Assembly: GCA_965240325.2 (NCBI GenBank)
Contig: OZ251224.1
Coordinates: 124,001-188,000 of the forward strand
DNA: 64,000 bases
Reading direction: 5' to 3'
Origin: Rebecca billardiae RCC1528
Lineage: Eukaryota > Protista > Haptophyta
Position 1 is the stretch's first letter, and every line of letters starts with the position of its first letter. This document shows positions 59,466 through 64,000 of this stretch, one piece after another. The notes below the pieces were generated by a model. It saw only the letters and a list, made by a program, of their open reading frames with translations. It had not been told where the DNA came from and ran no database searches. A program made the position numbers and the translations under genes.

Positions 59466-60031
59466 CACCCGCGGCACGCTCCCATAAGAAATGCATGCCG
59501 GTGGCGGGAAGCCATGGTTGAAAGAGAATACCTGTTCAATCAAAACGGCGGTTGTACCCAGATTCGTAAATCTGAACCAACCGCCAAGAACCCGCATCAC
59601 CCGATGCAGACGCCGAAGCAATTTCCTAAGCATTTTCATATTTCAGGGTTCATCCTCTATTCATTCATTATCCTCGATGCGAATCATCGGCCTCTCGGCC
59701 GCATCAGAGCCACTTTCGTTCGGGCCGGATGAGTACCTGTATCCCAGTCGAAGAGGCGAGCAGGTTCTCCTCATAATAATCAAATGTGCACCCGCACACC
59801 CACCTCAGTGATGAGGGTTGGGGTAAACAGATAAGGACCGCATAGGTAGTCAGGGTCCAAGGTTTAGTCATTATATATCGGTTGGAGGTCGGCTTATGCG
59901 TCGGGTGCATCCGGTGAGGAATCTCATCGCGTTCGACCCCACTCGCCAAACCTGGGCGAGCCCAGTCCGAACGACGACACGCGGGGCCTTCGCGCCACAA
60001 ACGTGGGCCGCAACGTACGACACCGCCCGTC

Positions 60032-61978
60032 ATGTCCAGACCGGTGTCCATCCTGCGCAAGCCGAAGCACCACCGCCCGTCGACGGTCGAGCTGCTCGAC
60101 CGGCTGCTCGACGCCGACGCCATCGGGAGCTTCTACGACCATCCGTCGCAGCTCAAGCCCTCGCACAGCAGCGACACGTCCGGCGGCGGCTCGACGCCGG
60201 GCGGCGGCTCGGCGCTCGGCTCCGCGCCCGCTTCGCCGCCGGGCCGCGCGTCGACGCGGCGGGCGCCGAAGACCGAGCCGCTGCGCGAGCGCTTCCGCGG
60301 TGCCCCCCTGCCGCCGGACCACGCCCGCAGCCGCGCGCGCACCCTCGACTTCGACTCGCCCATCGCCTCCGTGCTCGAGTACGAGTGCGACACCGCGCCC
60401 GCGGAGCTGCTCAAGCGATCCAACATGCGCACCGTCGAGTTGCGGCCGGGGCAGGCCGGCGGCCGGGCGGGCGGGCTGTCGTGGCAGCCGCGCACGCTGC
60501 TCGGCCCGCTCTCGCCGCACCCGACGGCCGCCGAGCCGCAGCGCGGCGGCAGCGGCGCGGAGGCGGCGGCGCTGCGGCGCGCGGGTGCGGGTGCGTCGCA
60601 GCCGGCCGCGCGCCGCTCGCCGTGCCCGCCGCGCGTCTCCTCGGCGGGCGGCGGCATGGGCGGCGAGAAGGGGCCGGAGGCGCGGCGCGAGGCGGCTCTC
60701 GCGCTCGTCGCCGAGCGCCTCCCCGCGGACGAGCGCCTCTTCTTCCGCCTCGCGTGCTCGGCGTTCCGCCGCCTCTGCCCCGGGCGCACGCGAACCGCGC
60801 GCGCCGCGCTGCTGGCCTCCAAGGCGCGCGCGCAGTGGGCGCGGCGCGCGCTCGACGTGGACGTGTGCGCGCGCGCGGACGCGTGCGCGCTCGCGGCGGC
60901 GCGTGGCGACCTCGACCTCCTGCGCTGGCTGCGCAAGCACGACGCGCCTTGGGACGCCTCCGCCTGCGCCGCCGCCGCCGAGCGCGGCCACGCCGCGTGC
61001 GTGCGCTGGCTCGTGCGCAAGGGATGCGCCGCCGACGCGCGCGCGTGCGAGGGCGCGGCGCGCGCCGGCCAGCTCGCGCTGCTGCAGGAGCTGCGCGGCG
61101 CGGGGTGCGCGTGGTGCGCGGCGACGACGACGGCCGCCGCGGCCGCCGGACACCTCGACGTCCTCGCCTGGGCCCACGCGGGCGGCTGCCCCGTCGACGC
61201 GCTCGCGGCGGGCGACGCGGCCGCGCACGGCGGTCAGGCGCGCGCGCTCGCGTGGCTCCAGCAGCGCGCGGGCTGCGCGTGGACGGCGGACACGATGATG
61301 GCGGCGGCGGGCGCGGGGCAGCTCGAGGCGATCCAGTACCTCGTGGCGCAGGGCGTGCCGTTCGACGCGCACGCCGCCGCCGAGGCCGCGCGCGGCGCGC
61401 ACGCACACGTGCTGCGCTGGGCGCACGAGCGCGGCTGCGCGCTCGACGACGACGTGTGCCGCGCGCTCGCGAGCTGCGGCGCGCTCGAGCTGCTGCGGTG
61501 GGCGCGGCGCGTGGGCGTGCCGTGGTCGGCGGCGACGGCGACGGCCGCGGCGGCGAACGGCCACGTCGGCACGCTGCGCTGGGCGCTGGACAACGGCTGC
61601 GACGCCGAGCGCCTCACCGTGCACGCCGCCGCCGCCAACGCGCACTGCGCGCCGCACGCGGCCGAGCCGGACGGGGCGCCGACGGCCGAGGGCGGAGCGG
61701 CCGACGGCGTCAGCGTCGCGCTCGAGCTGCTCGGCTGCCTCGCCGCGCACCCCGCGCTGCACGCGCGCGCGCCGGACGTGCGCGAGAGCGCGGAGGAGGC
61801 GCTCCACGGGCTGCGCCGCACCCACGCCTCCAGCGGCAGCACCGCGGCGCCGGCTGACGACGACGATGCTCCGAGCGAGAGCGGCTCGCCGGCTGGGCGC
61901 GAGCGGCACGACTCTGGCTACGGCCTGAGAGCCAAGAGCAAGTCGCTGCCGACCGCTGCCCCCTCGCGGCTGCGCTGA
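60032..61978 (+). CDS. Ankyrin-like repeat protein (GCPWD-type repeats) with an F-box-like segment
   Basis: Repeated CAxAAxxGxLxxLxWxxxxGCxWD units, preceded by LVAERLPADERLFFRLACSAFR. Confidence 0.85.
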   Translation: MSRPVSILRKPKHHRPSTVELLDRLLDADAIGSFYDHPSQLKPSHSSDTSGGGSTPGGGSALGSAPASPPGRASTRRAPKTEPLRERFRGAPLPPDHARSRARTLDFDSPIASVLEYECDTAPAELLKRSNMRTVELRPGQAGGRAGGLSWQPRTLLGPLSPHPTAAEPQRGGSGAEAAALRRAGAGASQPAARRSPCPPRVSSAGGGMGGEKGPEARREAALALVAERLPADERLFFRLACSAFRRLCPGRTRTARAALLASKARAQWARRALDVDVCARADACALAAARGDLDLLRWLRKHDAPWDASACAAAAERGHAACVRWLVRKGCAADARACEGAARAGQLALLQELRGAGCAWCAATTTAAAAAGHLDVLAWAHAGGCPVDALAAGDAAAHGGQARALAWLQQRAGCAWTADTMMAAAGAGQLEAIQYLVAQGVPFDAHAAAEAARGAHAHVLRWAHERGCALDDDVCRALASCGALELLRWARRVGVPWSAATATAAAANGHVGTLRWALDNGCDAERLTVHAAAANAHCAPHAAEPDGAPTAEGGAADGVSVALELLGCLAAHPALHARAPDVRESAEEALHGLRRTHASSGSTAAPADDDDAPSESGSPAGRERHDSGYGLRAKSKSLPTAAPSRLR

Positions 61979-63174
61979 TGGTGAGGACGCGCGCATGACG
62001 CATATGATATGCTGACTGCTATACTTACCGCAGAGTGTCCGCGCGGACAGCATCGCGCCATCGATCGATCATCGCATGTACTAGTGCGGGCGGCGTCACA
62101 GTAGGACTCGCGCGGACGCGACTACTCAGTGTCAGTACTGATCGGTGCAGTCCGTCGTGGACGTGCCAGTCATCCGTGACGGTGGTTCCCGTCATCCCGC
62201 AGTGGCCGTGACTCGCCACCGCCGACCGCGCCGGCTCGGTCCTAGTTATATATTGACTAGTCGCTCGGACGAGGAGTGATCCGCATCGGCGGCGGCACAT
62301 CTGACTGCTGCTATACCGGGCTCGCTCCGGCTTCGGTCCACCCCCCCCCCCAGTCCGGTCACCATTGGAGCGTTACATCTTGACACTGCAATCGGCGGGA
62401 TCGCCGCCTCTGATGATCTACGATAGCTCCTAGACCCATTCTATGATTTAACGACACAGGTAGGACGGCGCAGGTCTCCTGATTCGTCGTCGGCAGTGCC
62501 CGATCGTCGACACGAAGTCGGCGCTGGTGGCAGAGCATAGCCTGAACCGCGATCGAATGGCTTGAGCGCGGCCTTGAGCTGCTGGAGACCACCCCAGGCG
62601 GTCCCTTGGACGACATTACGGCCAGATGAATCAGATATGGATCATCAGCCACACCTGCTCCAATAGGTTCAGACTCTATTTTCTATAACTAAATACCCAT
62701 TCCGGGCACAATTTTCGCATATGTATACAGGTGTCCGGAACGCTCCCGGATCGTGCTGAAATCTGAGTAAGGGGTGGGTAATTACATAGTAAAAATAGAG
62801 TCTTCGAACCTATTGAGAGGTGGTCGGATGCGACTGATTATTAGTCTCGCCAGTTGATGAAGTATCATCATCAATTGGGGGTCGGAAGGGACTCTGCTGC
62901 ATGGTCCGTGCGGTTGACTTCGGCTCGGGGCCAAGACGTAACGGAGCTGGGGGGGGTGGACCGGAGCCGGAGCCACCGTATATACGTGTAACATCCGTCC
63001 GGACCGATATCCCGCCATCTCGCGGAATATTATATTCACGCGCGCATATATATATATGCTTAATTATATTATTATTTGCGCGCGCGTCAGCGTGCCCGCA
63101 TCATCAATAATGTCAATGCTGCTGACGAGCTGATGATATTCGATCTGCCCAGCCGGCCCGCCAGCCGCCAGTCA

Positions 63175-64000
63175 TCAGCCGCAGCCGATCGAGTGCAGGC
63201 CGTGCACGACCACGCCCACGCCCTGCGCGAGCAGCTCGTTGATCGCCTCGCCCGTCGAGCCGCCGCGCGCGATCGCGCGGTCGAAGAGGATGGGCACGAG
63301 CACGGTGACGGCGATGATGATCGGCTCCTCCACGCCGAGCGACTGCACCTCCGCCAGGCTCCAGCTGAGCAGCAGGTAGCGCGTCTGCCCCTCGCCAAAG
63401 CTGAGCGCGTACGAGAGCACGAGTGTGCACAGGGCGGCGTACACCGCCCACACGGCGAGCCACGCGGCGCAGAGGCGGAGGCGCGGGGGCAGCGCGAGCG
63501 CGCGCGCGGCGCGGCCGAGCGCGCCGCGCAGCCCGCGCCGCGCCCTCGCCTCGCGCTCCGCCTCCGCGCCCACCATCTCCTCGAACCAGCCGAGCAGCTC
63601 GGCGTAGGACACGGCGCCGCTGCCGTCTGTGTCGAGCTCGGAGAGCAGCCTGCGCACGCGCCGCGCGCGCAGGCGGAAGCCGAGCGCGTGCAGGAGCGCG
63701 CCAAACTCGGAGGTGTCGATGGCGCCGTTGCCGTCCGCGTCGAACGCGTCGAACTTGTGCCGCAGCATCTCGAGCGTCAGCGCGTCGAGGAGGTGCGTGC
63801 CGCCCGCACCCGGCGGCGGCGGCGCGGCCGGCGGCGGCGGCGCGGCCGGCGGCGGCGGCGCGGTCGGCGGCGTGGGCCGCGCGGGCGAGGGCGGCGTCAG
63901 CGGCTCCGCGCGCGCGCGCCAGCCCTCGGCGGCGGCCGCCGCCTCGGCCGCCGCCGCCTCGCCCTCGCCGCCATCCGTGCCGCCGCCTCCCGTGGGCACG
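63175..64000 (-). CDS. 3' part of a membrane protein with an EF-hand pair and polycystin-like C-terminal TM segments (partial)
   Basis: FDADGNGAIDTSEF and LDTDGSGAVSYAEL loops, then YALSFG..SWSLAEVQSLGVEEP. Runs off the window end. Confidence 0.75.
   Translation of the reverse strand, partial: VPTGGGGTDGGEGEAAAAEAAAAAEGWRARAEPLTPPSPARPTPPTAPPPPAAPPPPAAPPPPGAGGTHLLDALTLEMLRHKFDAFDADGNGAIDTSEFGALLHALGFRLRARRVRRLLSELDTDGSGAVSYAELLGWFEEMVGAEAEREARARRGLRGALGRAARALALPPRLRLCAAWLAVWAVYAALCTLVLSYALSFGEGQTRYLLLSWSLAEVQSLGVEEPIIIAVTVLVPILFDRAIARGGSTGEAINELLAQGVGVVVHGLHSIGCG

Noticed and set aside
59680-59710. Hammerhead-like CTGATGC-GGCC-GAGA-GGCC-GATG on the minus strand
   Set aside because: Both invariant core segments (CUGANGA and GAAA) deviate.
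62021-62030. ATACTTACCG resembling the U1 snRNA 5' end
   Set aside because: Mismatch in the splice-site-pairing sequence, and no U1 stem-loops or Sm site follow.

Overview
GC-rich eukaryotic nuclear DNA with short, CG-repeat-rich GT-AG introns and many head-to-head gene pairs. The PUFA elongase at 2770-3771 closely resembles Pavlova-type delta-5/C20 elongases as I recall them, so the source is probably a Pavlovales haptophyte (inference). About 18 protein genes are supported: ELO elongase, EAAAK-repeat protein, a capping-enzyme homolog with both catalytic motifs altered, a nucleoside-hydrolase/TIR-like fusion, two SAM methyltransferases, a GT61, a NEET (CDGSH) protein, a WD40 protein, a PA-7TM-TIR-like receptor, a carrier-like protein, a GPH/MFS transporter, RING-less MAT1, CCDC61/VFL3, an organellar RRF, an ankyrin-like protein and a partial polycystin-like EF-hand protein. 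Mobile DNA includes an intact young Ty1/copia element (343-bp LTRs, AGCCT TSD), a head-to-tail Helitron2-like dimer, a 342-bp foldback, a 12-bp-TIR element, a small MITE and an element with bipartite CACAGTG (RSS-heptamer-like) TIRs. The best candidates for new biology are two TIR/HET-like domain architectures (a 7TM receptor fusion and an XopQ/HopQ1-like hydrolase fusion), the doubly altered capping pseudo-enzyme, the RSS-like TIR element and a predicted transmembrane insert in the copia polyprotein. All assignments come from reading motifs by eye; no searches were run.
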